From Octopus sinensis (lineage: Eukaryota), in assembly GCF_006345805.1 (NCBI RefSeq), contig NC_043023.1:21267140-21331139 (forward strand): a stretch of DNA of 64,000 nt, in the 5' to 3' direction. The position numbers and the translations under genes were made by a program. Shown here piece after piece: positions 1 to 13,202 of the stretch (its first letter is position 1; each line of letters starts with the position of its first letter). Below the pieces are notes generated by a model. That model was given only the letters and a program-made list of their open reading frames with translations, did no database searches and had not been told where the DNA came from.

Positions 1-58
1 CGGTGCTCCAGCATGGCCGCAGTCAAATGACTGAAACAAGTAAAAGAGTAAAAGAGTA
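1..58 (+). mobile_element. 3' tail of tRNA-derived SINE (family B)
   Basis: GCTCCAGCATGGCCGCAGTCAAATGACTGAAACAAGTAAAAGA matches the tail of the fuller copies at 14092-14486 and 30420-30805. Confidence 0.8.
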
Positions 59-166
59 TATATGTGTGTGTGTGCGTATGTGTGTGTACACATATACATA
101 AGAAGCCCGTCATATATATATATATTATATTTATATGTATATACATATAAATATATGAGCCCTGGT

Positions 167-202
<36 letters not shown>

Positions 203-213
203 CACACACACAG

Positions 214-259
<46 letters not shown>

Positions 260-536
260 TATATATATATATTATATATATATATATATATAATGTTACT
301 ACATTGGCGTTGGCCATTAAAACAGACAAACACATTTAACAAAAACGGTGATGTGAATGCTTTTATTACTCAGAAGATACAAAGAGATTCAATGGGTTTA
401 ATCGACATACGTGGGCCTCTCTCTTTCTCTCTCATAGTTTTTCAAACAACTATGAAAAATTTAGGTCACACCAAATGAACTGAATTAGACTTTGAGCGGG
501 TAAATAGTACAAACACCATTCAGCTTAAAATCGATA

Positions 537-636
537 NNNNNNNNNNNNNNNNNNNNNNNNNNNNNNNNNNNNNNNNNNNNNNNNNNNNNNNNNNNNNNNN
601 NNNNNNNNNNNNNNNNNNNNNNNNNNNNNNNNNNNN
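537..636. other. Assembly gap (100 N)
   Basis: Run of N. Confidence 1.
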
Positions 637-800
637 GGCGTATCAATCGGTCATCTAGCAGTCGGAAGCGATGAAATAGAAGAGGTGGACAGCTATGTCT
701 ATCTCGGTCAAGAAGTGACTAGAGGTGAAAGATGGAGAATGAGATGTTGCGAAGGTTAAGAGCAGGATGGAGAGCTTTCACCTCACTGAAGGATTTGCTG
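637..800 (+). mobile_element. Degraded RTE-type LINE fragment (post-RT region)
   Basis: Translates to EIEEVDSYVYLGQEV...RRLRAGWRAF, typical of the region after RT in RTE-clade ORFs; differs from the adjacent element. Confidence 0.6.
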
Positions 801-829
801 AAGGTATATTTATATATACATATACAAGT

Positions 830-3800
830 AACACACTCACAGGCAAGGAACACAGGTACAAGATTTTTGGGCAGGGAACACTGACGGGGTCGGGGGCGTG
901 GGTATACTTCTTGCGGAGAAATGGGTAGATAAGGTAATCGAGGTAGTCAGAGTAAGTGACAGAGTAATTAAAATTAGATTAGTCATTCACCATAGTTCAG
1001 CTACCATCATCTCGGCATATGCCCCTCAACCAGGGCTACCGGAAGGACAAAAAGACCAATTCTATGACACCCTATTGCGGACTACCTCGTTGACATATGA
1101 CAGTGACCTTCTCTTCGTGGCAGGGGATTTTAATGGACATGTTGGTCGGCATGTCGGGGGCTTCCATGGCGTTCATGGAGGCTACGGTTTTGGCTCTCGT
1201 AATGAGGAGGGAACCAGGCTGCTGGAGTTCTGCGATGCAAATGACCTTATGGTCTGCAATACCAACTTCAGGAAACCCACCTCTCACCTAGTCACCTACC
1301 GTTCTGGCAGACACACTAGCCAGATTAACTACATCCTTGCCAGAAAAAGGGAAAGAGGGCTGCTTACAAATGCCAAAACCTTTCCAGGCGAAGAATGTAC
1401 TCCTCAACATAGATTAGTAGTTAGCGACTTCAGGATCAGAGCTAAATGGTTGCCCAGAAGAAGACCAGCTTGGAGGAGAAGGGTCTGGAAGCTTAAAGAT
1501 CCTGCAAATGGACAGAGATTTAGAGACATATTACTCGAAGCCTTTGACAAAATAGAAGGGGATATAGCTTCATTTAATGTGGAAGACAACTGGAGATTTC
1601 TACGGGACAATCTGCTGACAGCCACTGACCAGATCTGTGGATGGAGCAAAGTACCAGCTCGACCCAGAGTAACATGGTGGTGGAACACTGTGGTTGACAG
1701 GGCTATTAGACAAAAGAGACAGGCTTGGAAGGACTGGAAGAACGGTGGTAGCAGGGAATTGTATCAGACAGCCAGAAGGGAAGCTAGGAGACAGGTTTAT
1801 TTAGCCAGAGGGGAAGCGGATAAGAAAAAATTTGCCAATGTTCTGAGCCGTGAGGATAAAAGACTTGAGGTATTTCATGTTGCAAGACAGTGTGTGAGAG
1901 AGAATCGTGATGTGGTAGGAGAGAAGTGTGTTCGCACGGATGATGGTTCACTTGCGCTAAATGAGGATGCAAAGAGAGAGGTTTGGAGATGCCACTATGA
2001 AAGGTTGCTGAATAAAGAAAATGAATGGGATAAAGAGAGTCTGCCGAATGTCAACCCAACAGAGGGACCAGCCATCCGAGTTGAAAATTCTTTGGTAGTT
2101 AAAGCAATTAGAAGCATGAAGACAGGGAAAGCCCCAGGCCCATCAGGAATTACTGCAGAGATGCTCAAAATATCTGGCAGTGTCGGCTATAACCTAGTCA
2201 CCCGTATAGTCAACCAGGTGATACACGAAGGAGTCATACCGAATGACTGGTGTGGCAGCATACTAGTCAACTGCTACAAAGGTAAAGGTGATGCCCTAGA
2301 TACAAATAATTACAGAGGTATCAAGCTGTTGGATCAGGTGATGAAGGTTACGGAGAGGGTCATAGCCCAACTAATTAGAGAGAGAGTTAGTTTAGATGAG
2401 ATGCAGTTTGGGTTCGTGCCAGGGAAAAGTACCTCTGATGCTATATTCCTGGTAAGGCAGCTGCAGGAGAAATACTTAGCCAAAGATAAGCCCCTGTACC
2501 TGGCTTTCGTTGACATGGAGAAAGCCTTTGATAGGGTCCCCCGATCCCTTATCTGGTGGTCAATGAGGAAACTAGGGATAGATGAATGGCTGGTGAGGGC
2601 TGTGCAAGCCATGTACAGAGATGCCGTAAGTAAGGTTAGGGTTGGCAACATGTACACAGAAGAATTCAAAGTAGAGGTTGGGGTCCACCAGGGTTCAGTG
2701 CTCAACCCCCTCCTATTTATCATAGTCCTCCAGGCAATTACGGAGGAATTCAAGACAGGTTGCCCCTGGGAGCTCCTCTATGCTGACGACCTTGCTCTAA
2801 TTGCTGAGTCACTATCAGAACTGGAGGAGAAGTTCCAGGTGTGGAAGGAGGGCCTAGAATCGAGGGGCCTTAGAGTCAATCTAGCTAAAACCAAAGTCGT
2901 AATAAGTTGGAAGGTAGACAATCCACAAATGTCTTCAGGAAGATGGCCCTGTTCAATCTGTAGAAAAGGTGTGGGTAGAAACTCTATAAGATGTACCCAG
3001 TGTAAGCTATGGACACATAAGAGGTGCAGCAATGTCAAAGGTAGGCTAACTGGGAAGATAGTTTTTGTATGTGGCAGATGCTCGGGAGCATTAACCTCCG
3101 AAAATCTGCAGAAAACAACTTCCGTCACTTTCCAGGGGAAAAAAACTATAAGTTGTTGATAGCTTCCGTTATCTAGGTGACCAAGTCAGTTGTGGGGGTG
3201 GGTGCGCTGAAAGTGTAACTGCTAGAATAAGAATAGCCTGGGCAAAGTTTAGGGAGCTCTTACCTCTGCTGGTGACTAAAGGCCTCTCGCTCAGAGTAAA
3301 AGGCAGACTGTATGATGCAGGTGTACGAACAGCCATGCTACATGGCAGTGAAAAATGGGCCGTGACTGCTGAGGACATGCGTAAGCTTGTGAGGAATGAA
3401 GCCAGTATGCTCCGATGGATGTGTAATGTCAGTGTACATACTCGACAGAGCGTTAGTACCTTGAGAAGCATTAGTTGTACCTAAGAAGCATCAGTTGTGG
3501 TGTGCAAGAGAGATGATTGCTCTGGTATGGTCATGTGGCGAGAATGGATGAAGATAGGTGTGTGAGAAAGTGCCAATCCCTAGCAGTTGAGGGAACCCGT
3601 GGAAGAGGTAGACCCAGGAAAACCTGGGACGAGGTGGTGAAGCACGACCTTCGAACTTTAGGCCTCACTGAGGAAATGACCAGCGACCGAGACCTTTGGA
3701 AATATTCTGTACGTGAGAAGACCAGGCAGGTCAAGTGAGCCCAGCCCACTTATGCATGCCTTTCCTCCCTTGGACACAAAGACCTGTTGAGGCAAGCGAA

Positions 3801-4240
3801 GTCGATATAGAACCTCATCCGATGACAGACACCCATGCCAACCCCCTTTGCTTGCGAAGACATGTTGGGGCAAGCGAAATCGAAATAGAAATCGAATTGA
3901 ACCAGCCAGGATCCCTGGTCTGGTGGTACGTAAAAAGCACTATCCGACTCGTGGCCGATGCCAGCGCCGCCTCGACTGGCCTCCGTGCCGGTGGCACGTA
4001 AAATACACCAATCCGACCGTGGCCGTTGCCAGCCTCGCCTGGCACCTGTGCAGGTGGCACGTAAAAAGCACCCACTACACTCATGGAGTGGTTGGTGTTA
4101 GGAAGGGCCTCCAGCTGTAGAAACATTGCCAGATAACACTGGAGTCTGGTGCAGCCTTCTGGCTTCCCAGATCCCCGGTCGAACTGTCCAACACATGCTA
4201 GCATGGAGAACGGACGTTAAACGATGATGATGATGATGAT
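830..4240 (+). mobile_element. 5'-truncated RTE-clade LINE with APE, RT, PHD-like finger, 3' UTR and (GAT)n tail
   Basis: ORF 898-3159 has APE motifs (SAYAPQ, AGDFNGHVG), RT motifs (FVDMEKAFDRV, GVHQGSVL, LLYADD) and a C4HC3 finger. Frameshifted continuation at 3272-3484 and 3517-3738 (GRGRPRKTW); tail ends at 4240. Confidence 0.95.
898..3159 (+). pseudogene. RTE endonuclease/reverse transcriptase ORF, 753 codons, frameshifted near 3140
   Basis: ORF track plus motif inspection; the conserved KLEVVDSFRYLGD continuation shifts frame in the G4A7 run near 3135-3146. Confidence 0.9.
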
Positions 4241-4267
4241 CACACACACACACACATATATATATAT

Positions 4268-5311
4268 ATCATCATCATCATCATCATCATTTAGCGTCCG
4301 TTTTCCATGCTAGCATGGGTTGGACGGTTCAACTGGGGTCTGGGGAGCCCGATGGCTGCACCAGGCCAGTCAGATCTGGCAGTGTTTCTACAGCTGGATG
4401 CCCTTCCTAACGCCAACCACTCCGAGAGTGTAGTGGGTGATTTTATGTGCCACCGACACAGGTGCCAGACGAGGCTGGCGAACGGCCACGCTCGGATGGT
4501 GTTTTTATGTGCCACCGACACAGGTGCCAGACGAGGCTGGCAGACGGCCACGCTCGGATGGTGTTTTTATGTGCCACTGACACAGGTGCCAGATGAGGCT
4601 GGCGGACGGCCACGATCGGATGGTGTTTGTTACGTCCCCAAAGCACGGAGGCCAGTCTATGCGGTACTGGCTACAGCCACGTTCGGATGATTTTCTTGTG
4701 TGCCACCGGCACTGGTACCACAAAGATACAAATTCCATTGATGTTCATCTATTTTGATTTGATTTGATTTGATTTGATTTGATTTGATTTGATTTTCACT
4801 TGCCTCAACAGGTCTTCACAAGTGTCACAGGAAGGAAGGAAGGTATGCACAGGTGGACTGGTACCACAAAGATACAAATTCCATTGATGTTCATCTATTT
4901 TGATTTGATTTGATTTGATTTGATTTGATTTTCACTTGCCTCAACAGGTCTTCACAAGTGTCACAGGAAGGAAGGAAGGTATGCACAGGTGGACTGACTA
5001 CGTCCCAAGTAGGGGCCACGGGTTATGGCCTGACTAGTCTTGCCGGGTCTTCGGTTGGTGTTTTTATGTGCCACCGACACAGGTGCCAGATGAGGCTGGC
5101 GAACGGCCACGATCGGATGGTGTTTGTTATGTGCCCACGTCACAGAGGCCAGTCGATGCGGTACTGGCTACGGCCACATTCGGATGGTTTTCTTGTGTGC
5201 CAACGGTACTGGTACCACAAAGATACAAATTCCATTGATGTTCATCTATTTTGATTTGGTTTGATTTGATTTGATTTGATTTGATTTGATTTTCACTTGC
5301 CTCAACAGGTC
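4268..5311 (-). mobile_element. Non-coding RTE-3'UTR-derived element with internal 62-bp and ~330-bp tandem repeats
   Basis: (CAT)n then reverse complement of the RTE tail; 62-bp units start at 4445, 4507, 4569; (GATTT)n blocks; closely matches 31722-33311. Confidence 0.85.
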
Positions 5312-5329
5312 TATATAATCATGTAGTCA

Positions 5330-5545
5330 AATGATCAAATACACTGTCAGATGTTACACATCACTTGTCACAATGTGCTTTGCATCGTTTTACGTTTTGA
5401 ATGATGCCACTCCACTGGTTAGGAAAGGAGGCGAACATTCGGATGTCTTGGGAAAGGAAGGGCATTGCAAGAATCAAACCCACGATCTAGCTATTGTGAG
5501 GGTAACACCCGAATCACTATGCCATACAGCTACTCACACATGCAC
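5330..5545 (-). mobile_element. Degraded SINE (family A-like)
   Basis: Similar to 15198-15490 (TCAGATGT..TTACACATCACT..GTCACAATG..GAATGA.GCCAC). Confidence 0.5.
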
Positions 5546-6770
5546 ACGAGTATACACATACATAGACTTATATATGTACGTTTATGCATATAAAGCAATC
5601 ATTTTACACCTTTTCTCCATACTACCATGGGTTGTATGAGTATATTATCAATCCATTCTTTTTGCATATGGATCCCCTTCATTTTATTAACCCTTACCTG
5701 TTGTTCAAGGGATCCCTTATTCCAATGGTTTGTCTATTAACAGGGAAAATGATAATCTAATCGTTCATAGCTGAGCAATTTTCAGTAAAAGCAAATGGAA
5801 ACATACAAACACACACACATACACACAAACACACACATATATATGTATGCACACATACACACACACATATATGTATGCACACGTACACACACACACACAC
5901 AAGCACTTCATTTTGGCAGTTTATTTCACTGGTCCTCAGATTTTGTCCAGCAGTGTACGATGTGCTTCTCACAGATTATCTCTATTTAATCCACTCAGAA
6001 GTCTTGATTAGTCATGGGATTTAGAAGAAGGTACTTGCCCAAGGTGTCATACAGTGGGTCAAAACTTTTGGTTGGCGTTTGGAAGGTCATCCAGCAGTAA
6101 AATACCTGATAAAATAGACAGTAGCCCAGGGTAGTTTTTTCTACCTGTATGGCTCCTGTCGTCCATCTTACTCATGAAGGCATGGAAGGTGGACGGTATG
6201 CGGTTATGATGATGATGATGATGTTAGTATATATATATATACGTATACACATAATGGAAATTTATTAAATAATTATGAAGTAGTCATAAAGATATTTGCA
6301 AAAGTTTATTAAGTAAGCGCTTGTTGATAGTGTCTGTCGAAATATTAGCAAAGTAGATGAGATCAAATCAAAGATCAATACAGGACGTTTTATTGAACAA
6401 ACTCCGTTTCATTGATTCTTTTACTAGTTTTCATAAATTTGCTTTTCTTTAGAGAATCAATTTGTTTTTTTATATAAAGTGTCCCCCACCCTAGCTGGAG
6501 TATGATCCACAGATTTATAGCTCAAGATGTAAGCAGAGGAATGTAGCTAACCTAAAGACACAACTCAATGACTGTTGTTAGGCTTATTAGTGTCAAGAAG
6601 AACATTCAGCTATGAATAATACTTTAGATAAACTGAAGTTTACAATATCAATGTTATCTTATGCAAGATTTTAGAACCATCAACTTCTGTTTATTGTTGT
6701 TTAACTTATTTTATAAGTTTTTTTAAAACTGTTTTGTTTTCTTTCTTTTTCGACTGATTTTATTCAAAAG

Positions 6771-6850
6771 ACATAGCGAATATCAGACAGAAAATTTCGG
6801 AGGATGACATTGAAGGGTTTAAAAAATTAATAAGAAAGGATCCAACAATA
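6771..6850 (+). CDS. Ankyrin-RING-Death protein, first detected exon (DIANIRQKISEDDIEGFKKLIRKDPTI)
   Basis: AG at 6769-6770 after a pyrimidine tract, GTAAGT at 6851, open frame, phase 1 to 0; joins 11336 to give KDPTI-LDIRNKNKMTPL. Confidence 0.7.
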
Positions 6851-7020
6851 GTAAGTTGTTCTGTTTATTGCCTTCTCAAATTTGATTGTTTATTATTTTA
6901 TACACAATATGAAATGTTTTATACACAATATGAAAAGTAGCCACATATATTGTTCCATGATATTTCATTTCTTTCTTCACTCTTTTCTCTAATCCTCATC
7001 ATCGACATTTTTCCCTGTCA

Positions 7021-8290
7021 TCTGTAGTGGAGGAATTTAAAGTAGCAAAATGTAATGTAATGATGTACAGAGTCTCTAAGGACGAGCTTGTCAGACATGC
7101 AGGTATTACCACAAGGTGTGGGTAACTAGCACCGCTGTCGCTCAGGCTGAAGGCATGCTGGAGCTACGCGTCATAATTGGAGCTACATGTTGGGGTCGCC
7201 AGGGACTTGGCTCTTCCTATTTCCAACAATGGAAGAAAGCAGACACCAGGGAGAGGCGGGCTATGACTCAGAAAGCAATGTGGAACCAGGAGGAAGATAA
7301 AAGGAAATCAAGAGCTGTGGAGTTGGTATCTCTGGGTGCATGGACTAAATGGGATCTCCCTAAGAGGAAGCTCACATGGACTGACCTGTGGAGGCTGGAA
7401 CCTTTGCACATCTCCTTCCTGCATGGAGCGGTGTATGACACACTCCCGACGCCAACAAACCTGCACAGATAAGGTTTGAGGGAAGACCAGCTGTGTAGAC
7501 TTTGTGGGAAAGGGGCACTCTGGCACACATCTTGGCAGGGTGCAGAATAACACTTTCTCAAGGCAGATACAAATACTTGCTCACACCCTGGAGCAGTAAA
7601 GGTGTAAGAAACATCATCACCAAGGGAAGATAACTGCCACAATTAAGTTCGTGAAAGAGGGAGAGAAACCAGTAAAGCCAGCAAAAGCAAAACATAGCTT
7701 GCTGCAAGGGTCTCAACCATGGGATATGAAGGTAGACTTAGGGAAGAGATTGCAGTTTCCCCAGGTTGTCCATACAACCCTGAGGCCTGATGTGGTCCTG
7801 TGGTCTGAAAAAGCTGAGAAAATTATCATAATTGAACGAACAGTCACGTGGGGAGCGGGTTGTAACGAGGCCCATGAACGGAAGTGTGACAGATATAAGA
7901 ACATTCTGCAGAATTGCAGGGAGAAGGTATGGCAGGTATGGATTTTCCTAGTGGAGGTTGGCTGTAGGGAATTCTTTGTCCAGTCGGCATGGAGGATTTT
8001 TACAGCAACTGTAATGAGAGGTAAGGAGGGAAGAGTGGGTGTGCACGGATGGGAGAGGCAACTGAAAGAGCCTTTTGCTGGCTTTGGTGTAAGAGAGAAG
8101 ATTAACGCTGGAAGGCTTGAGGAGTTGAGGAGCAGTGAATTGGCCACCTCTGTTGACCCACCAATGGTAGGTGTTACGTTTCAGAGTCGAAACATCCGAT
8201 GAACGAGGGATAACATCTGACAACATTGGTTTCTCCTGGACAAGGCAACCATTCACTTTGGTGAATAGATAAAGCACATCCTTATGGGTG
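7021..8290 (+). mobile_element. HERO/R2-like non-LTR retrotransposon, 3' part (CCHC finger + restriction-like endonuclease), decayed
   Basis: GRQGLG, YDTLPTPTNL, CRLCGKRGTLAHILAGC, TTLRPDVVLWSE, EVGCR motifs over several broken frames. Confidence 0.85.
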
Positions 8291-8301
8291 TTATTAACTC
8301 T

Positions 8302-8332
<31 letters not shown>

Positions 8333-8399
8333 GTGTGTATACTGCCAAGCAGATGTGTGTGTATTATTGAGTGGGGTTTGTGTGTATGCATGTGTATCT

Positions 8400-8586
8400 A
8401 TGTTAGTGTGTGTCCCCAACTGCTAATTGATAACCGGTGTTGGTGTATTTGCATCCCTGTTACTTAGCACTTAAGCAAAAGAGGGCTAGAGGTTGCTGCT
8501 CATCAGACAGAAAAGGTACCACACATAAAAGACAAAATCAAGGAGGAGCCCCAGCATGGCCACAGTCTCATGACTGAAACAAGCAG
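8400..8586 (+). mobile_element. Degraded SINE family B body and tail
   Basis: ACCGGTGTTGGTGTATTTGCATCCCTGTTACTTAGC...CCCCAGCATGGCCACAGTC..ATGACTGAAACAAG. Confidence 0.7.
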
Positions 8587-9905
8587 AAGAGAGAAAGAAA
8601 AAGAAAGAGAAAAAAGAAGAGAGGAAGAGAAAAATAGAAGAAAGAAAAGAAAATATAGAGAGAACTATAGAGAAGACGAAAAGAGAAAAGAAACAGAGAA
8701 AGAGAGAGAGAAAAAAAGAGAGAAAAGATAAAGAGAATGAGATTGGAAAAAGAAAACGAGAGAGAAAAGAAAGAGAGAAATGAATGAGTGGGAGAGAGGA
8801 AGAAGGATAAAAATAAAACGAGAGGGAGAAAGAAGGAGAGAAAAGCGAGAAAAGAAAGAGAGAAAAGAAAGAGAGAGAGAAAAAGAAACAAGAGGAAGAA
8901 AGAGATGAAGAAGGGGGGGGGAGAAAGAGAGAAAAGAAAGAGAGAAAAGAAAGAGAGAAAAGAAAGAGAGAGAGAGAGAAAAAAAGAGAGAAAAGAAAGA
9001 GAGAGAGAAAAGACAATGAGGAAATGAGAGAGAAAGAGAGAATAGACAAAGAAAACGAGCGAAAGAGTGAAAAGAAAAAGATAGAGAGAGATAGGGAGAA
9101 GGAAAAGCAGAAAATAAAAAGAGAGAGAAAAGAAGCAGAGAGGGAGAGAGCGAGAATAGAAAAAGAGGAAGAGAGAAAGATGGAAGGTAAGAGAAGAAAA
9201 AGGGACTGAGAGAAATAAAGAGAGAAAAAGGGAGAGAGAGAGAGAGAGGAAGAAAGAGGAAAAACAAACAGTGAAAGAGAGAGAAATGAGAAAGAGATGG
9301 ATAACGAGACGAAAAAGGGATAAAGAGAATGAGAGAAAAGAAAGAGGGAGAAAGAGAGAAAAGAAAGGGAGAAGGCAGGAGAGGAGAGAAAAGAAAGAGG
9401 GAGAAAGAGAGAAAAGAAAGTGAGAAGGCAAGAGAGGAGAGAAAAGAAAGGGAGAAAGAGAGAAAAGAAAGTGAGAAGGCAAGAGAGGAGAGAAAAGAAA
9501 GAGGGAGAAGAGAGAAAAGAAAGTGAGAAGGCAAGAGAGGAGAGAAAGAAAAAAGTAAGTCCCTTAAAGGGAGAAAAGGAAAAGAGGGAAAGAAAAGAAA
9601 AAGGAAATGACAAAGAGACAGAGAAAGAGAGGGAGAGGGAGGAAGAGAGAAAAAGAGAAGAGAAAAATTGCCAGAGAAAAGAGATAACAGAGAGAAAGAG
9701 GAAGAGAGAGACAAAGAGAGAAAGAGGGGGAAAAAAGGAGAGAGATAAAGAAGAGAGAAAAGTAAAGCAGGAGAGAAAGTGATAAAAGAAAAGAGAGATA
9801 AAAAGAGAGGAAGGAAAGAAAGAGAAAGAGAGAACAAATACTAAGAGACATAGAGAGAGAGAAAGATAGAAAGGAAAATGTGAGAGAGAGAGGAAAAGAA
9901 AAGAG
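8587..9905 (+). repeat. ~1.3-kb GA-rich polypurine tract
   Basis: Almost only A/G on the plus strand, with a ~45-nt unit (GAAAGTGAGAAGGCAAGAGAGGAGAGAAAA...) repeated about 9355-9545. Confidence 0.95.
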
Positions 9906-9949
9906 AAAAGCGTTTCTACATATTCACTGAAACCACGGGTCTCCCATAA

Positions 9950-10160
9950 ATATGAAAGAATTTGCCTCGGCTACTCTAGCAATAACATCCCCACGTCATC
10001 CAACGAACTATACACCCGTATGCAGCTGGAAAAGCTATTGGACGTGATTAGGCGTATGAGGCGAAGGGCTTTTCTACCCTCCATATTTAGAAGAGGTCTT
10101 AGGCCAACAGGTTTTGGGGTCTAATGATACGCCATGAAGCTAAATCCTTTTTGGACCGGA
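9950..10160 (+). mobile_element. Penelope-like element N-terminal fragment
   Basis: Frame reads LGYSSNNIPTSSNELYTRMQLEKLLDVIRRMRRRAF, resembling the GYS.KNIP...RMRWKAFF motif recalled from invertebrate PLE ORFs. Confidence 0.55.
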
Positions 10161-11335
10161 GACCAAGGGTAATCCCGGAAACTGGCCTTCCCCGGTTTTA
10201 AAATATACACTGCTCTACATCTTAGAGTGTGCTTCTTCTCCGGATTTATCTTTTCTGCAAACAAAACAAATATATACGTAGGTATGTCATTATTCAGTTT
10301 ATTTCCAGATATTCTATTTTTCACTTTATGTCAACATCCGCTGGACAGCTAATTCCCACAACTGTGAACAGTTTCTCTATATATGTATGTATGTATGTCT
10401 GCACACACACACACACACACGTTGTGATATAATTGTCACTTAGTCTACCTCAGGAATTTCAGGGTTTTTTGAGTTTTATTACAAATGGGGGATTGGGAAA
10501 TGGAGTATTGACCCATTTTGCATCGGACCCTTGTGGTTTGGATGTGTTGCATCCTCCGGTACAGATTCATTGCATCTGGTGTCTTGTTTTACAGAAGAAA
10601 CCTCACTAAATATTCTCGGTTTCGCTTGGCATGTTGTTGCCAGGAGGTTGTTGGCTATAATGCTATAATCCAAGAACCTACTGACAACAACAGCATACCA
10701 AGCGATACCGAGAACTCTCCCACCCACAAGGAATCGATGCAAGATGGGTCAAACCAATTGTTGTGATGAATAAATTTTCTCGTGAACTTCATTTTACATA
10801 TTCCTCATTCAACATATATATTTATATATCCAACAGTAATGTATATAAATCTCTCTCTCTCTCCTATATATATATATATATATATATATTTGAGTGTGTT
10901 TCTGTGTATGTGTGTGTGCACACGCATTAATTTCATGGGGGTGGACACTAACCACCTCAACAGTTTTATGAACTTCTTATTAATTATAACAACATCAAAA
11001 GTATACTTTAGAAATTTTAATTCTTCTTTACTAGTCTTGATCTGTTAATCATGTGTTCACTCGTGTTCAGCTCCCCTAAAACTTACTATAGTTAGGAATA
11101 AAGGTAGATTAAGCTGAAACAATCTATTTAGGACATCTTTATCCTGTCTAGAACACATTCTCAAAGCAACATCTAGAGGATCTTACGAAGGTTGATTTTA
11201 CGGGCAAACATCAAATGTACATGATCAGTTTGATCAAGTATACAGTAGAAGACAATAATGACACATTGATATCCATCCTGATTTTCATGTAAATTTTCAT
11301 TTTCTATTTTTACTTCCACAAAGGGTTCACTTCAG

Positions 11336-11533
11336 TTGGATATTCGGAACAAAAATAAAATGACACCATTGCTTGAAGCCGTTTCCCGGGGTCACCTCGG
11401 AATGACACACAAGCTAATAGCCCTGGGTGCAAGCATAAATGCTGTTGATGGTGAAGGTAACAGCTGTTTGCACCTTGCCATGGAAACAGAAGTGTTTAAT
11501 TCCGAGGGTGCACCCATGGATTTACTAAACGAA
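11336..11533 (+). CDS. Ankyrin-RING-Death protein, ankyrin exon
   Basis: LDIRNKNKMTPLLEAVSRGHLGMTHKLIALGASINAVDGEGNSCLHLAM... (two ankyrin repeats); CAG at 11333-11335, GTAAGT at 11534; phase 0-0. Confidence 0.9.
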
Positions 11534-11622
11534 GTAAGTTTTTAAATTGTTTGTGTGTGTATATATATATCATCATCATCATCATCATCATCATTTAACG
11601 TCCGATGATGATGATGATGATG

Positions 11623-11678
<56 letters not shown>

Positions 11679-13202
11679 ATATGTGTGTGAATGTGTGTAT
11701 TTGTGAGTCTTTGTGGGAGTGTGTGAGAGAGACAGACAGACAGACAGACAAGCTTTGCGTGTCACGTATCAATTCTCCCCTATCAACCCCATCCTCCATT
11801 ACCATTCCGGGATCTAGTCTCCCCTTGTGACCCGAGTGATATTATGTAACAAACAATATTCCATCTCCTTTCACTCTCAAAGATGTCATCTCACCACGGT
11901 CGAGAGGTGACCCTTCTCAGTTGTTGGACATATAAACACAGCCATCACAATGAGACGGAGAAGTGGACTATTTAATAGAGGAGATATTATTCTCAATTAA
12001 CAATGATGCAGGATAGAAGAGATGTCTGAGCTTTATAGTGCTGGTGCCATGGTAAATACAGCCAGTCCATTCTATGAAGTATTCTGAGTGAAACTGCTCT
12101 CTATCCTACTTCTTGCACACGACATGAATCCACTGACTTCTTGTGGACATGTCATAAGAATGTTCAATGTTAGGACACTAGAGAATGAATACAATAAAGC
12201 ATGGTCCTTAGTGAGATTTCATGTATTTAAGTTCTGTACTTAGGCACACACACACTCATGTACACATACACACACAAGTAATGATTTTGAGTTTGAGTAT
12301 ATATCTTGTAAAATGCTGTTTAAAGCCCGTTCACTGTATTCGGCTATCTGATGTCAGCAACAGTATGGACTTCAATTCTACTGGACTTTTTGCTGTCATC
12401 TCAAAAATGAAGCAGTTTTTTATAATTCTTATATTTTTCAAAATTAAGATAAACAAAGTACTTTTTTCTGTTAATCTAAAACATGTTCTCCTTCATTTTC
12501 TACAATGCTCTTCCATCTATCTGGTAGACTTGCGAGTCGCCTCTTCCAAAATTCACTTGTCCGTGATTAAAAATACTCCTCCATTACTTTTCTGACTTGA
12601 CACTAATTCCTGCTTCCTTTACTTCACCGTCATCATTCAAAGATGCTTCTTGCTTAATTATGGAAACATTATTGATATGTTTGGTCATGTCTGTGTGGTA
12701 TTGACTTTGTTATGTTATAGGTGTTTTTGTTTCTGATATAACTTATGTTCTATCTTCTCATGTTGTGTTATATTTATATATACAATACTCTTTCTTATGG
12801 CCACACGGTCGCCTTTATCAAGCCAATTATATAGATAGGTTCTTGTTGGTTTGTTCTTCCTATATTTGACTTTTCTATTGAATATATTGTGATATTTGTG
12901 ATTGACAAGTAAATATTTACTCATTAATTATCAATGAGCTTGATGTTAATCAATACGGTTTGTCCTGCTCAATGTAATGACAATATATTTAGAGGGTGTC
13001 TCAGTGTTGAAAATAAAGTAAAAGCATAAAAATGGGAAATGGACTCAATTAAAGATTATGTAGGAACTCAATACTTTGTAATTGCTTTAATTAGTGGATA
13101 AACAACCTATGAGTAAATTTAGATGAACTTTTGTGTAATTAGGGGCATTTGTTATGAATCTTTGTGTAATATTGTCATCATTTTATATTTCATTATTTGT
13201 AG

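Noticed and set aside
4445-4630. 62-bp repeats as a CRISPR-like array
   Set aside because: No unique spacers, no cas genes, eukaryotic context; part of an RTE-derived UTR.
6480-6550. Candidate upstream exon for the ankyrin gene ending at GTAAGC
   Set aside because: Poor acceptor, and the ATG frame ends in phase 0 while exon 6771 needs phase 1.
8486-9837. 300-390 aa Ser/Leu/Phe and Arg/Glu/Lys ORFs
   Set aside because: The GA tract lacks stop codons by composition; no splice or domain support.
11324-11335. Upstream in-frame acceptor adding GSLQ
   Set aside because: AAG acceptor is weaker and the 11336 join gives a normal ankyrin spacing; could be a minor variant.
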